The notes beneath the pieces are model-generated. The model had not been told where the DNA came from and searched no databases. It worked only from the letters and a program-made list of their open reading frames with translations. 64,000 nt of DNA from Paramoeba atlantica. Lineage: Eukaryota; Protista; Discosea. The translations under genes and the position numbers were made by a program. Below, one piece after another: positions 43,058-54,366 of this stretch. Where the stretch lies: positions 248,001 to 312,000 of the forward strand of contig CDRNVI010000002.1 in the NCBI GenBank assembly GCA_977017575.1. The letters run 5' to 3'. Position 1 is the stretch's first letter. Every line of letters starts with the position of its first letter.

Positions 43058-44236
43058 TTAGTGAGATGCTTTTGGCATTTTTAGGTGTGCGCTTAACAGT
43101 ATTTGGTGTGGATGTAATCCAGTTAAAATTTTAACAGTAGACGCGAGATAGACAAGAGTTTCCTCGTTATCAATTGACATTAATGCAACATAGGCATGAA
43201 CGCGTGAAGTAAACGAATTAGGCGAAATCAATGCACCGATGCTGCCAATAAAATGATACAATGTGAAATTACAGTCACATGCAAGACCAAGAGCCGTGTC
43301 GCGTTTGCAGGAACAACATTTAAATCTAATATGGTACACAGGCAGCTTAAGAATCACTCTTGGATTGAAACATTCGTCAATCTTCCTTTCCCGCGTGTTT
43401 GCACGCGTGCTCTGATCCCTATAGTACGTACTGGGAGCTTTTGGGAAACTAAAGATCCGCAAATAGTTTCCTGTGATTTCTTTGAAATGGTCCAATTCCA
43501 GCCGATGGCAGACCTCTGGTGCGTCAATAACAACGATAACGTTAATCGAAAAAATCTTTATCAAGGTAGTGACAATGTCGTAACCCAGCCCTTCAATCCA
43601 ACCCATAGTATTTACTATTAAATTTAAGTCTGTGTTATTTCTTCGAAAACGCGCTATTTTTGCTGCCAGATTTGTGCAAATATTAAAGTACTCACGTACA
43701 GTCCTTCCCCTTACATGGTTGTGACCGAAAAAATATGACCCGATAGTATCGTGTGGTATAGATCTCTCGTCCCAGATCAGGTTTTGTAGAAGCGCGAAAT
43801 GAACAGAACCAGAAATACCTAAGCTGTTCTGACCTACATCGACATCTGCATAAACTACCTGACGTGATCGTTTAAGACTAGTATTTACAAAATACTGACA
43901 TAGTGTGCTTTTGCCCGAGTTTGAAGGACCAACAACTAGTATAGTTGGGGTTCCGCGTCTCGGGACACTGTAGGAAAACGTTGAAATGAGTGGTTCATAC
44001 GTTTGGACCAAAAAGTCAAGCACAATATGCGCGTAGAACTCACCAGAAACACGAATGATAGCCCAATAATGAGGGGAAATAACTATCGATTTTTTTTCAA
44101 AATGAAGTGGACGTTTGCGCAACAAAGAATAACCAAATGCATGTGCTCGACCAGCAACAAGTTCTACTGCACCGCTGGTCACACACTCAATATGTAGAGC
44201 ACCTCTATGCTGATGTAATTCAAATGTGGCCTGCAT
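43058..44236 (-). CDS. CLP1: Polynucleotide 5'-hydroxyl kinase CLP1
   Basis: GPSNSGKST P-loop, YADVDVGQN, LIVNTMGWI, N-terminal jelly-roll. Confidence 0.88.
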   Translation of the reverse strand: MQATFELHQHRGALHIECVTSGAVELVAGRAHAFGYSLLRKRPLHFEKKSIVISPHYWAIIRVSGEFYAHIVLDFLVQTYEPLISTFSYSVPRRGTPTILVVGPSNSGKSTLCQYFVNTSLKRSRQVVYADVDVGQNSLGISGSVHFALLQNLIWDERSIPHDTIGSYFFGHNHVRGRTVREYFNICTNLAAKIARFRRNNTDLNLIVNTMGWIEGLGYDIVTTLIKIFSINVIVVIDAPEVCHRLELDHFKEITGNYLRIFSFPKAPSTYYRDQSTRANTRERKIDECFNPRVILKLPVYHIRFKCCSCKRDTALGLACDCNFTLYHFIGSIGALISPNSFTSRVHAYVALMSIDNEETLVYLASTVKILTGLHPHQILLSAHLKMPKASH

Positions 44237-44438
44237 GATCGTTTCATTATTATTAAGTCTTCGCCACGTTTAGAAAAAAATAATAAAGCGATTTCAATTT
44301 ACTGCCATACCGATAAGCTCCGTTAATCCTGTCAATTTTTCTCAGAACAAATGTGCAATGTGCATTATTTTCTGAAACCGGAGCACAATTTTTTTCCGAT
44401 ACTGTAAGGATACGCTATGTGATACATTATGTATATTA

Positions 44439-46049
44439 TGGGCTGCGGGTGAAACCTCGCCACCCACAGCCCCATTTTTAGTAGCTGCGTTAAACGCGGT
44501 GTTTACCATTGCTACACGTTGAAAACTACCTCCGCATTTAACGAAGCGACTGAGCAAGAAAACATTGAGCAAAGTTCAAGAACCTTTCAATTTTTAGGTT
44601 CAAATGCCGCATTGGACACTATACAGTTGTCCACTGCCATCCAGTGCCATCCAAAACGGAGATATGAGCGAGTACCGAAGACCTTTTTTTGATTTGGAGG
44701 ACCGAAGAACTTTCCATTTCCGCCGGATGTTGTAGGACAAGTGATGGCCATGATATGAAAAAGCGGCTAATGTCGGATTCAATTGTACTCATTTTTCAAA
44801 AATAATATTTTCCTTTCCTTTTGCAAAATAAGATATTTTCTCGTCTCTTCTTCTGCGTGCTCTGTCTTGTACATGTGCGGACCTGAGCTGAATTTTAAAG
44901 TGAAAGCATGATGGGGACACATCAAAAACTTTTGAAGATTTTTTGCGTTGTGACCGAAGAGAAATGTCCTCACGATCACGAGGGTTGGAAAGTTCGTCAC
45001 TCTGTTTCCAGTATTTGTTGGAGGCGATGTAAGCACGTAAGTTTCAGCAAAAGGTTGTCTCGGTTACTTCCTTACTTTTATTCAGATGTGCGCAAATTGT
45101 CCCACAAATTTTAGTTTTGGGTACTTGTAGTACACAAGTACATAAAAGTTAGTCATCCAGTGTCATCCAGTGCCATCCGCTGCCATCCAAATCTTCATAG
45201 TGTCCATTATAAGACCAAAAATGCCATATTTTACCGCGCATTTGGCCCGTTTTTGGCGCCTTACCAGTTGGGTTATTGTGGCACATCAACCTGTGATGTG
45301 CGTCATAACTTATGAAGCACATCAGATCGAACAAAACGTCGTAGAATGGTATAAAATACGTTTTAGGATTCGATTTTCGTAAACAAATATTTTTTGATTG
45401 GTCAAAATTACATTATTTTGGGTTACGCCAAACTCTAACACATCCCTACGCTGGATTCTCAAAAGCAAAAATTTACTTTTTCTAGCGCATATGCCCCCAC
45501 CCCCCTAGACCCCACCAGGGACCCCAATTTTTGAGGTTGTCAAAGGCAATTTATGAGGTTGTCTTAGCGTCATGCAAGAGGGTTTTCACGAAACGTGTTA
45601 GCGTATTTACCCCTCCGAAGCTGATTACCACAGAAGAAGAACTAGGTACAAAGGTCGAAGAAATCTTGGAACGTATTCATTGCACCATGGATAGTTTCTT
45701 CCACGGGGTTCGTTCCGTTTGTGGCATAGACGTTACGCCACAGATGCTGGAGCGTGCCATTCTTCACATCGTGGATCGCCGCGGGCAGTCCTCTTTGTCA
45801 ACTTCCACTCCAGAACATTGTCATCCTGCTTTCTCCACATCGAATGGTACACCATCGAGTACATATGCCTACCGCGGCAGCCCACTTTCGTTTATAATTA
45901 ATACTCACCCACTTGAGTGGGTGAACACCTTTCAGTGTTGGTAGATGCAATAAATGGACGAAAACTATTTGACAATCTCTAAAATATCATTGTACCCTTT
46001 TACAACTGCGAGACCTCGCGAGACCGCGGTTAACGTCACCCGCAGCCCA
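44439..46049. mobile_element. Putative element with perfect 14-bp TIR TGGGCTGCGGGTGA and TTA flanks (PIF/Harbinger-like ends)
   Basis: TIRs at 44439-52 and 46036-49; TTA at 44436-38 and 46050-52. The TIR core is shared with the 12638-14898 element, but the element overlaps family R pieces. Confidence 0.45.
44600..45040 (-). pseudogene. Possible Tc1/IS630 transposase C-terminal remnant
   Basis: RKILFL...Y / LNPTLAAFS across a frameshift resembles LFLP.YSP.LNPIE.AFS. Confidence 0.3.
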
Positions 46050-46232
46050 TTAATTATTACTGTGTAACAGCCTGCATTCCTCCTTATTTTTTCATTGTTT
46101 TTGTTCACTTTTTGAATAATCGAGCGTAGAGCGGTAGTTATACAACCACAGCAATATGATACACTAAGGGTGGAGTGAACATGATATTTTCACGGGGAAC
46201 ATGAATTGTGAGGTGAACATGCAACATCCTGC

Positions 46233-47243
46233 TCACGGGTTGAAGCCGTCATTGCAAAGGGTGAGTTCTACTGAAGACGAATCACAAGGACTTGTCGAAT
46301 AAGCAACACGCACCAACCGCTTGTCCGCGCAAGGTGTTCGCGTTATTATTAAACGTGTGGAAATATGGTTTGACCAAGATAATCCGAAGGCAGGGACAGT
46401 ATATCCATCCATACTTCTTACTTGATTTGAAAAAATGACAGCAACATTATTTAGAATGGCAAAGCTCTTCAGTGTTACAGCGAGTTCACCAAGGAAGCTC
46501 AAAATAGAGTTGTAGTCTGGTTCCTTCAGTTGGGCCCCATATATTTCAGCAAAATCTATAGCGGCAATAGAATCTATAACTATTAGCGACAATGGCGTCC
46601 CTGTTCGTAATAGCTCATCCCCAAGTTGCTGCATCTGAGAAAGCTGAGTTTTGATTGAACGCCAGTCGCTTTGTTGTGAAACAATCAGTCGATCATAAAC
46701 ACTTTCACTCCATTTCTCCTGTACTGTGCATGAATTGAGCAGCTGCGTCAATCGATCCGGTTGAAAAGATTCGGTAGAGAAGTACAGAACGCTGCCTCCA
46801 TGGAGCAAGACAGAGAGAGCAGTCTGAAGAAGGAGCGTAGTTTTCCCTGCACTCGCAATGCCACATATTTCAGACAAAGTACTACGACGAAATCCGCCCT
46901 TTAGTACGTTGTCCAAACTAAGTGAACGGGTAGATATTTTTTGAGATTTGTTTTTGAGTTGGTCCCACTGCAGAGGTCTCGGCAACAACACACTGGCAAC
47001 GTTCAGAAGTAGACAGTTCCAGATATCTCGTGATATCACACACTCTACAAGGGAATACAAAAATACCGAATCTGCGGCATTACGCATCAGAAGTTCCTCC
47101 GCGCTTCGCACGCCATTCTTAGCCAGAAAGCACTGCAGTTTTCGTATGATTTCTGCATCCAGCGTTAATTGATCCAGGAGTGGTGCTAGCAACATTATTG
47201 GTAAGAAATATGAATTGTATTGAATAAACGTAACGTATGACAA
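46233..47243 (-). CDS. RAD51 paralogue (XRCC3/RAD51B-like)
   Basis: LDNVLKGG, EICGIASAGKTT (Walker A), LIVIDSIAA (Walker B), VIFSNQV, PAFGLSWSNHISTRL. Start may be at 47195. Confidence 0.85.
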   Translation of the reverse strand: MSYVTFIQYNSYFLPIMLLAPLLDQLTLDAEIIRKLQCFLAKNGVRSAEELLMRNAADSVFLYSLVECVISRDIWNCLLLNVASVLLPRPLQWDQLKNKSQKISTRSLSLDNVLKGGFRRSTLSEICGIASAGKTTLLLQTALSVLLHGGSVLYFSTESFQPDRLTQLLNSCTVQEKWSESVYDRLIVSQQSDWRSIKTQLSQMQQLGDELLRTGTPLSLIVIDSIAAIDFAEIYGAQLKEPDYNSILSFLGELAVTLKSFAILNNVAVIFSNQVRSMDGYTVPAFGLSWSNHISTRLIITRTPCADKRLVRVAYSTSPCDSSSVELTLCNDGFNP

Positions 47244-47487
47244 TGTTCATTGTCATATGAATAAAAACTTTTTACTCAAAGGGGTGACTCTGTGGGAGCG
47301 CCTAGGATATCTTTCGTCAAAATTTTCTTCCTTAGTTTCTTAATTTTTTCCTGCAATCGGACGATACAGAAATCATACTACTGGAACTGTTATTCTGCGG
47401 GACTTAAACGAGGGTTTCGGCATGTAATACAAGTCAATAAAGCGTCTAACAATCAATAATAATCGACATTTTACTCACTATAATTCC

Positions 47488-48075
47488 ATGGACTTACATA
47501 TGGATCCATACATGGATCCAACATCAGACTTTTATGAAGGCCTGTGTAAGTGGGTTGTGTACAGCATTAAAAGTGTGCTGAAGCGCCCATGCACTATGTC
47601 GGGAAAGCACCCATGTCAAGAAAAGGGGAGTGATATTGACGAAAACTTTGATATGGAGTTTCGCCGTATCAGAAACAGCGTAGAAAGGTTTTTCGCCTTA
47701 ATTGATCATCACAAATTATTACACTGCAATCAACATAAAATTGATTTTGTTAAGTCTGCATTCGGTTTGATGTGGAATGCAGAATGTGTGCAATGGGAGG
47801 TTGGCAACAGAAGCCTCCACAGCGATTCGGTAGAAATATTGCCTTCTACATCGCCAATAGTACAGGAATGGAAGTCGCGAGAGTCTTACTCGTGTGCTTT
47901 TCACAAGCATGACGCGGGTGACAGGGCGCGTATTGATGAGTATCGGGAGGAAGTCAAAAAGATCTTAGGGGTGAAAGGTCTGATAAGAATCGGAAAATGT
48001 TCTAGAAAGGGGAAAAAGGGTGCGGAAACTTGTGAAAAAATGACCAGGAGTGAAATGAAATCCAAAATGAAGTAG
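47488..48075 (+). pseudogene. IS5/PIF-Harbinger/ISL2EU-group transposase C-terminal fragment
   Basis: SDFYEG...GKHP...DENFDMEFRRIRNSVERFFALI resembles the D.GY...N....R..VE..F..LK motif of DDE_Tnp_4-type enzymes. Confidence 0.55.
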
Positions 48076-48942
48076 CAGAGTGAGTCACATAGACATAGAC
48101 AAAACGAAAAAACGTACTAGCTTGCTAATTGAAAATTTTACCTGAAAACCTACTAGGTTGCTGCGAAATCGCTGTAAGGCACGTACATTCAAAGAATACA
48201 AATAGACACAATTAACTACTCTTGTGCACTATACAATGTTTCCTTTTACACCGAACTTTCTAGTAGTACTCCACTTGTTCGTTACATTTCACTGATGTAT
48301 GCGTGACGTACATGTATTCATAGTTCGACCATACGCTTAACTATTTAAAGCCTCATTTCCCTTTCTAACTTTTTGCTGAACAAAAATTTGTCATGTTAGC
48401 CCAGCATGTTCCATCCAAGGCCATTGAGGATTTTGGACCTCTGCGAAAATGATTCCACCATGTCGGAGCTCCGGCGAAGTTTACTGGGAGCGCCTGGGCA
48501 GGAGTCACCCCTCTCACTTTTTAAATGTTTTCACGTACCCCTGTACACACTGCTTGCAGGAATAGTGGTACGGGCTGCAGACGGTGATGTTCCCGCAAAG
48601 TTTCACAGGGATTCACGTTTCAGAAAGACATCACATCTTCAGTGCGTCGACTCGTAACTCTTCTCTATTATTGTATTTGCTTTTCACACTCAAGTCTTGG
48701 TCAAGGCGTTGTTCTAGTAGCTATTCCACTTTGTACCCTCAAGACCCTATTTTTTCTACACATCTCGTAGTACAACGCAAAGTACCGTGGGCATAGGTGT
48801 CTTTAGAATTTTATACGGTCAAGCCCTCGATGCAGCCGTTCTGGAATCACCTCAACCAGGTTTCGCGAAGTTTCACGAGACTTCTCGAGGTTTCCCCCGA
48901 ATCCCCTCATGTAATAAACTCAATGGTCTCCTGCTAACTTTA

Positions 48943-49584
48943 TCAAGCCATCTGTCTTTCCAGAAACCTGGTCAATTGCGACGATTCATCGGAAGGACCA
49001 ATAAAGAAATATTCGGTGTCTATATTGCAAAACGGACAACGTACACTCATAGTGTCTATTGTTTTGGTATTCCTAATCGCACAAAGGCTTGCGTGCGATA
49101 GCACGTGTCCACACGGCGTAAGGAAAACAAACTCCTGATTGCACCCAGGATGGATTGTGGGAGTAATAGGACATGCCCATTTCTCTGCGCTATGCAGTCC
49201 TGATGAGATCACAGGGTCTAACTGTGTTCTAGGAGAAAACAATTTTAACGTAACCATGTGAGATAACTTTTTTATGTGGGGAACCGCTTGGAAAAATGAG
49301 TTTTCGTTCATCTTTGCATCGAAATTCTCACCGTTCATAGCCTTTTTCCTTGCTTTTTCCCGCTGCTTTCGCGAAATAACTTCTTCCAAGACAGATTCTT
49401 TATTATACAATCGCCCTTTTCCGCAGGCTACGATAGGCTCAACAAGTTCTTTGCCAGAAATCGCACAATTGGTCCATACTTCATGCTGTCTTCGAGCTCT
49501 AAGTTCTGTCAAGGAGGTGAAGGACTCCTTCTGAGTTGTTACAAGAGTGCTCCGTTTGGGCAAGGTTCCACCATCGAGACCCAT
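48943..49584 (-). CDS. RTF2: Replication termination factor 2 (RING-like)
   Basis: MGLDGGTLPKR, WTNCAISG..L.EPIVACGKGRLYNKESVLE, CPIT, PCGHV, CPFC. Confidence 0.9.
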   Translation of the reverse strand: MGLDGGTLPKRSTLVTTQKESFTSLTELRARRQHEVWTNCAISGKELVEPIVACGKGRLYNKESVLEEVISRKQREKARKKAMNGENFDAKMNENSFFQAVPHIKKLSHMVTLKLFSPRTQLDPVISSGLHSAEKWACPITPTIHPGCNQEFVFLTPCGHVLSHASLCAIRNTKTIDTMSVRCPFCNIDTEYFFIGPSDESSQLTRFLERQMA

Positions 49585-49973
49585 AGGTACTAAACGTTTC
49601 TAAATAAAATAAAGAAGGGTAGAATCAAGGGCACCATAAAAGCAGGAAACTGGCGAAAACAAGAAAAATTGAAATAAAAGGGAACGTACATGAGTCCCAA
49701 AAACGATTTCATTCGGAAATAGTGAAACAATTTATGTCTTCCACAATCTACCATTGCCCTTTCCCAAGGCTACGGTCGGGGCTGACTCACTGTAGTCAAG
49801 TGACAAAATGCGAAGCATCAAATAACACCCTGCGAGCTCCTCCGAGAGAGTAGACCCCGATGCAATTTTTTTCTTCCCCCGCAACGTGATCAAGAAAGAT
49901 TAGGATCCGATCTCTTACTTCTTTAAAAATGAGGACAATCCATTATACGCTCCAGAGTTAAGTGTTCGGAGTA

Positions 49974-51332
49974 TTACCCTCCAGGAGATGCCGAAGGAAG
50001 ACGATAAGATCTCCCAGATCTCTGCAAAGATCTTGCGTGTGTGATTTTTGTGTGACGGAAGAACTTTCTCCTCGCGTCTGGTGCACTATACTGTGGGTTT
50101 GAGTTTACGGGTGGCAAATTATAAAGCCCGTGACGCGGGACTCGAGATCCCTTGTCCTGAAAAAAGTACACGTGATCTGCAGCTCCGCTTTTCCATGGAC
50201 GTGGCCGCGCGTTCTTTCGTACAGCACTTTTCCAAAGTTGGTCGCCCTCTGCTTGAACGAATGAAATGCTTTCCTGGTAGTCCGCATCTTCTAAAGTCTC
50301 CTTTTTAATATTTTGCATAGTGCGCATAGTTTGATTAACTTCGGGGTCAACTTTAAAGAGACTCAGCCTCCGATCCAGAACAGTATCAACAACCTCGCGG
50401 GATCGAAAGTTCTCGTCCCATTTGTTAATTCTCTCCAAGTCTTCCTGCGTAAATTCACGCGGACTGGAAACGTGCTTCCCCTTCGACAGGGAAGGTGCCA
50501 TGTCCAGAGTGGGGTCACCTCGTAGAGTTGCCTTCGCCTCGTGAATAAGTGACACATACGGCCACGGAATCCCACTCTCTTTCGAATCCACCCCATCCTT
50601 TACACCCTCTCGGTTCCTCTGCTTCTCCATCTGTCCCCCTTCCTTGTTCTCCCCAAGCTTGCTGTCCTCTCCCTCCCCTAGCTCGGCCACAACATCCTCC
50701 AGCGAAACGACCCCCAAACGGTAGGCGACTCGAAGCTCCTCCTCGGAGAGCTTGGTCACGTCCCCGCGGAGCTCGTGAAGCCGCCGAAGCAGCCCCTCCC
50801 GCCGGGACCCACTCATCGGGTCCAATCCCGGGACGTGACGAAAATACCCCGCGGGGTTACGACGCACCACGTCGTAGAGATCCTCCGAGGCCACGCGGCG
50901 GAGGAACGCATCCCGCATCGCGACCGCGGCACGAACCCGGGAGGGGGGAGAGGAGGGGGACTCAGCACTAAACACAGAGCCTTTCGTGTCTCCCGATCCT
51001 CTCGCTCCTCGGTCCCTAGCAGTCTCGTTTTCATGATTCGCTCGTTCCTTCTGCTGCGGCAACACAACCGGTGCTGCTCGATTTATCACATGCTCGGTTT
51101 CTTGCGTGGGATTGGAAGAGAAGAATTGTGACCTCAGGCTCTCCCATGTATTTTTGTGTTCTTGTGTACGATTTGGTGAAGAGGGGGATAGGGGGCACTC
51201 TATGGTCTCGTGTTCAGATAGGGGTGGGGGCTGCGATGGGGTGTGATCGGTAGAGGAAGGATCGGGGGGAAAAGGATCAAGATTGGCGATAGGTTTGCGT
51301 CGGAGATGACGCAGGAGGCTTCGTGCTAACAT
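49974..51332 (-). CDS. Hypothetical protein with mitochondrial-type presequence
   Basis: 452 aa; starts MLARSLLRHLRRK; basic, conserved-looking C-terminus; family not recognised. Confidence 0.6.
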   Translation of the reverse strand: MLARSLLRHLRRKPIANLDPFPPDPSSTDHTPSQPPPLSEHETIECPLSPSSPNRTQEHKNTWESLRSQFFSSNPTQETEHVINRAAPVVLPQQKERANHENETARDRGARGSGDTKGSVFSAESPSSPPSRVRAAVAMRDAFLRRVASEDLYDVVRRNPAGYFRHVPGLDPMSGSRREGLLRRLHELRGDVTKLSEEELRVAYRLGVVSLEDVVAELGEGEDSKLGENKEGGQMEKQRNREGVKDGVDSKESGIPWPYVSLIHEAKATLRGDPTLDMAPSLSKGKHVSSPREFTQEDLERINKWDENFRSREVVDTVLDRRLSLFKVDPEVNQTMRTMQNIKKETLEDADYQESISFVQAEGDQLWKSAVRKNARPRPWKSGAADHVYFFQDKGSRVPRHGLYNLPPVNSNPQYSAPDARRKFFRHTKITHARSLQRSGRSYRLPSASPGG

Positions 51333-51567
51333 GGTGAAATGGGTTTTTTAGGGGTGAGTTAGAAAGAGGGATGTGTTAGAAAACAAGGATGAAGAGAGGG
51401 TCATTTTTCAGAGAGGATAGCTTGTATGACGAACAAAATACTTGGCCACTTTTTCAGTGGTAAACTCTTTTTCACTGACATACTTCACCACAAATCAGAG
51501 TTTTTACTGGACAGGTGCCATTTCTCTTCCCAACGGACGTCAGTTCAAGAAGGTTTGTAAACTCATT

Positions 51568-51855
51568 TTAGAATGAAGGCCGCTCTCGAACAGGCTTTCG
51601 AATGCATGACGGAATCGTCGCGTCCTCGAACGTAGTCCGCGCGGAATAGAACGAACGATGTATCGGCTGAAATACAAGCGACTGACAGTAAGCACGTAAG
51701 ATCAATTGAGATCCAATGATGCCACTTATGACGGTGATTAGTGGTCGCAGACCCGCGGTATCACTGGATAAAATTAATGCTAGTGCTGGTGTGAGGAAGA
51801 GCGCTATGCCCAGTACAAGTAACGATAAAGAAAACAAGGTCTTCTGATGGGTCAT
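51568..51855 (-). CDS. Small putative membrane protein (two hydrophobic segments)
   Basis: 95-aa ATG ORF on the cluster strand. Confidence 0.4.
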   Translation of the reverse strand: MTHQKTLFSLSLLVLGIALFLTPALALILSSDTAGLRPLITVISGIIGSQLILRAYCQSLVFQPIHRSFYSARTTFEDATIPSCIRKPVRERPSF

Positions 51856-52084
51856 TGTATTTTGTAAACGAAATTAAGAAAACAGTGTACTGTTAAGCCA
51901 ATATAGATTCGCTAAGCAGGAAACATACAAAAAAATTCATGAGGTCAGTAACATCTGTCACCAGCCATCAGAGTGAGAAATAAACATACTGAATATACTA
52001 TACTCAAGATAGCAAAGTTAGAATAAGAGTGACAATGTGAAAGATTTTTTCTAAGAAAATTCACATTTTCCTGACAAAATTTCT

Positions 52085-53752
52085 TTAACTTTCATCCCCA
52101 AGATCCTCCAAGATTATTTCCTGCGTGTGGATCGGATCAAACTGGGCACCTTCACGGCCGTAACAGGAGAGACTTCGGTACTCCCCACCGAGGGCGTACA
52201 TGATTTGATCCCACAACGGCTCTCTGCGGCACATTGGGGGTTCTGGGGGAAAGATAGGCTCCAAGCGCTGCGTGTCATGACCTTGGTGGACACTTCGAAA
52301 CTGTTTGCGCATCTGTAACTGCTCTGCGGTGGGAAAGTGTGTACGGGTGTCATTATGTGGTAGTTCCGTCCGTACGATCACCTCCTTCGACTCTTTCTGT
52401 GACGAGCGTTTCTTCGCGAATATTTTCTTGCCACGTTTCCTCAATTTCGGATCTTCATCAGGCTGAGGAATAGGAGGCTGTGCCGCGTTCTCCTCATTTT
52501 CCCGTCGCATCTTCCCCTCCGCCGTTTCTCCGGCCGGCTCGCTCCCCTGGGCACTACTCTCTACGGTTCGGAAAAACTCGGGGGACACGGTCACCGGGAA
52601 CCAGAGCCCCTCCTCGAGCTCCCGCTCCAGGTTACGCCGGGACCAGTACATACACCCCCAGTAGACTCGTACCCGAGACCGCAGCTTCCCGAGCAGGTGA
52701 GTCCCGAGCCCCGAGAGTGCCTCTACCCGGCTGTAGTATAAAGACGGAACAGAGGGAACAGAGGAAGGGATTAACACGGAGTGAAGCTCAAAATTGGATT
52801 TCGAAGTAGACGAAGAAGAGGAAGCCGACCCCGAAGTTGACGATGACACATCCTCACTCGGAGTCACCAACATCTTTTCCCGTGCCCCTGAGCCACGAAA
52901 CAACGAAAAAAGTCGTTTCGAGACCGAAGAAGAGGAAGAGGAAGAAGAAGAGGAAGAGGTTGACATCGAGAACCCCCCCCTTTCCCCCGCCTTCCCCTCC
53001 CTCCTCCTACCCTTCCTCCCCCCCTCCCCCTCCGCCATCACGCCCGTGTGCAGCACCCCCACCGCCGCGGTCGGGGGCAGGGTCATCTCGACATGGAACG
53101 GCCCCCCCTGGCAGATCTCGTGCCCCCACAGCACCTCCGGGAACAGCGGGTTGCCCTTGGTGATGCCCACGGTGTAGGGCAGGTCGAGCACGAGGCCGGT
53201 CACGAGGTCGTGCTGGTGCTCGACCAGCATCACCACGCGGCGGTCGTAGTGGGAGGTCCCGAGGGGGTGGGAGAGGAGAACGGTGCCGGGGCGGAGCACC
53301 GGGGAGGGCTGGAGGTGCGCACGGAACCGCGAGCCTGTAGTGTCAAGTTGCGTACAGGTGCGTTGCTGGGGGGGGGAGAGGGCGGGGGGGTGCGCGACCC
53401 GGGTGAGTGTTTTGAAGGCGGGTGAGGCTTTTAGCATGTGTTGCATGTGTTGGATGACCTCGAACCCGGCCTGGATTTCCTCGTTGGTGCGGGGTTGTGA
53501 GGAGGGGTTACGGAACTCGTGACGGATGCGCTCGACGTAGGAGAGGGAGTTGGGTTTGTAGAGCATGGAGGAGCCGGTGCCGAGGACACGTTGGAGGACG
53601 GGGTTGGTGAGGGGGTAGACTACTTTGAGGTAGGGACGGTCGTCGAATTGGTGGGCGACGCGTAGGATGCAGCGGTACATGGTGTGGATCATTTTGCGAT
53701 CCAGGGCGATGGGTCGCGTGGTGCCGGAAACGGGTGCAGGGAGCATGGACAA
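52085..53752 (-). CDS. YqgE/AlgH (DUF179)-domain protein with LYR-like N-terminus
   Basis: LRPGTVLLSHP, DRRVVMLVEH, GLVL, QGGP, RVYWGCMYW...LERELEEGLW; N-terminal MYRCILRVAHQF. Confidence 0.7.
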   Translation of the reverse strand: MSMLPAPVSGTTRPIALDRKMIHTMYRCILRVAHQFDDRPYLKVVYPLTNPVLQRVLGTGSSMLYKPNSLSYVERIRHEFRNPSSQPRTNEEIQAGFEVIQHMQHMLKASPAFKTLTRVAHPPALSPPQQRTCTQLDTTGSRFRAHLQPSPVLRPGTVLLSHPLGTSHYDRRVVMLVEHQHDLVTGLVLDLPYTVGITKGNPLFPEVLWGHEICQGGPFHVEMTLPPTAAVGVLHTGVMAEGEGGRKGRRREGKAGERGGFSMSTSSSSSSSSSSSVSKRLFSLFRGSGAREKMLVTPSEDVSSSTSGSASSSSSTSKSNFELHSVLIPSSVPSVPSLYYSRVEALSGLGTHLLGKLRSRVRVYWGCMYWSRRNLERELEEGLWFPVTVSPEFFRTVESSAQGSEPAGETAEGKMRRENEENAAQPPIPQPDEDPKLRKRGKKIFAKKRSSQKESKEVIVRTELPHNDTRTHFPTAEQLQMRKQFRSVHQGHDTQRLEPIFPPEPPMCRREPLWDQIMYALGGEYRSLSCYGREGAQFDPIHTQEIILEDLGDES

Positions 53753-53987
53753 AGAGGAAGAAAATTTAGTAATGAATGCAACTTTCCGTGATGTTTGAAA
53801 AAATTCATGGAGACTTATGATACTTGTACTTTAGAGATCATAAAATATAAAAATAAACCCATCTCATTTTTTCGTGAAAAAGGCGCTTAAAGGGAGTCTC
53901 TCACTCCACTAAAAGGCCTTCGGCACCGCACAACAGTGTAGAGCGACGCTAAAATCTATACCTAACAAAACAAAATCAAAGAAGAAT

Positions 53988-54100
53988 TCTTTTTTGTTCC
54001 CTCGCTAAACCCTCTTTTTGTTCCCTCCCTAAACCCCTTTTTTTGTTCACTCCCTAAACCTACCCCTTGTAGGTTTAGGTAACTCCTTGTTCCCTCCCTA
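53988..54100 (+). repeat. Degenerate tandem TTTGTTCCCTCCCTAAAC repeats (second cluster at 54845-54890)
   Basis: About 4 units here and 2 at the second site. Confidence 0.7.
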
Positions 54101-54298
54101 CTACTTAACACACTACCCCGCGCCCCGCTATCGCACCCCGCGGCAGTAGCAATCATGTACCGCAATCCTGTATAATCTGGGCAGTGCCCTTCTGGATGGA
54201 CACGCTTCTGGTCATCCGCACACAGAAAGTGTGAACAAGCATCCGTTTCTATCGGACGTGTTGGCCCGGGCCAACAAGTTCATGGTCTCAATGTATCT

Positions 54299-54366
54299 TC
54301 AGTCCGTGATGCTCGTGAGATTTGTTGTCATAAATGTTCAAGTGTTTGACAGTGAATAGTCATCAT
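54299..54366 (-). ncRNA. Box C/D snoRNA candidate, family B copy 1 (predicted SSU rRNA guide)
   Basis: On the minus strand: ATGATGA ... GAGCATCACGGA-CTGA, 68 nt. The guide pairs 12 bp (one G-U) with SSU UCUGUGAUGCUC (trypanosomatid-type GCUC, from recollection). Confidence 0.65.

Noticed and set aside
45531-45944. 137-aa + strand ORF containing GIDVTPQML, faintly IS256-like
   Set aside because: Only a short motif, 3 kb from the other fragment, with no catalytic residues; cannot be supported.
37926-49584. Apparent genome-stability cluster (SLX4-like, RAD51 paralogue, RTF2; PDS5 further away)
   Set aside because: Kinetoplastid clusters are not functionally organised; the genes are interleaved with unrelated genes and TE islands, so chance is sufficient.
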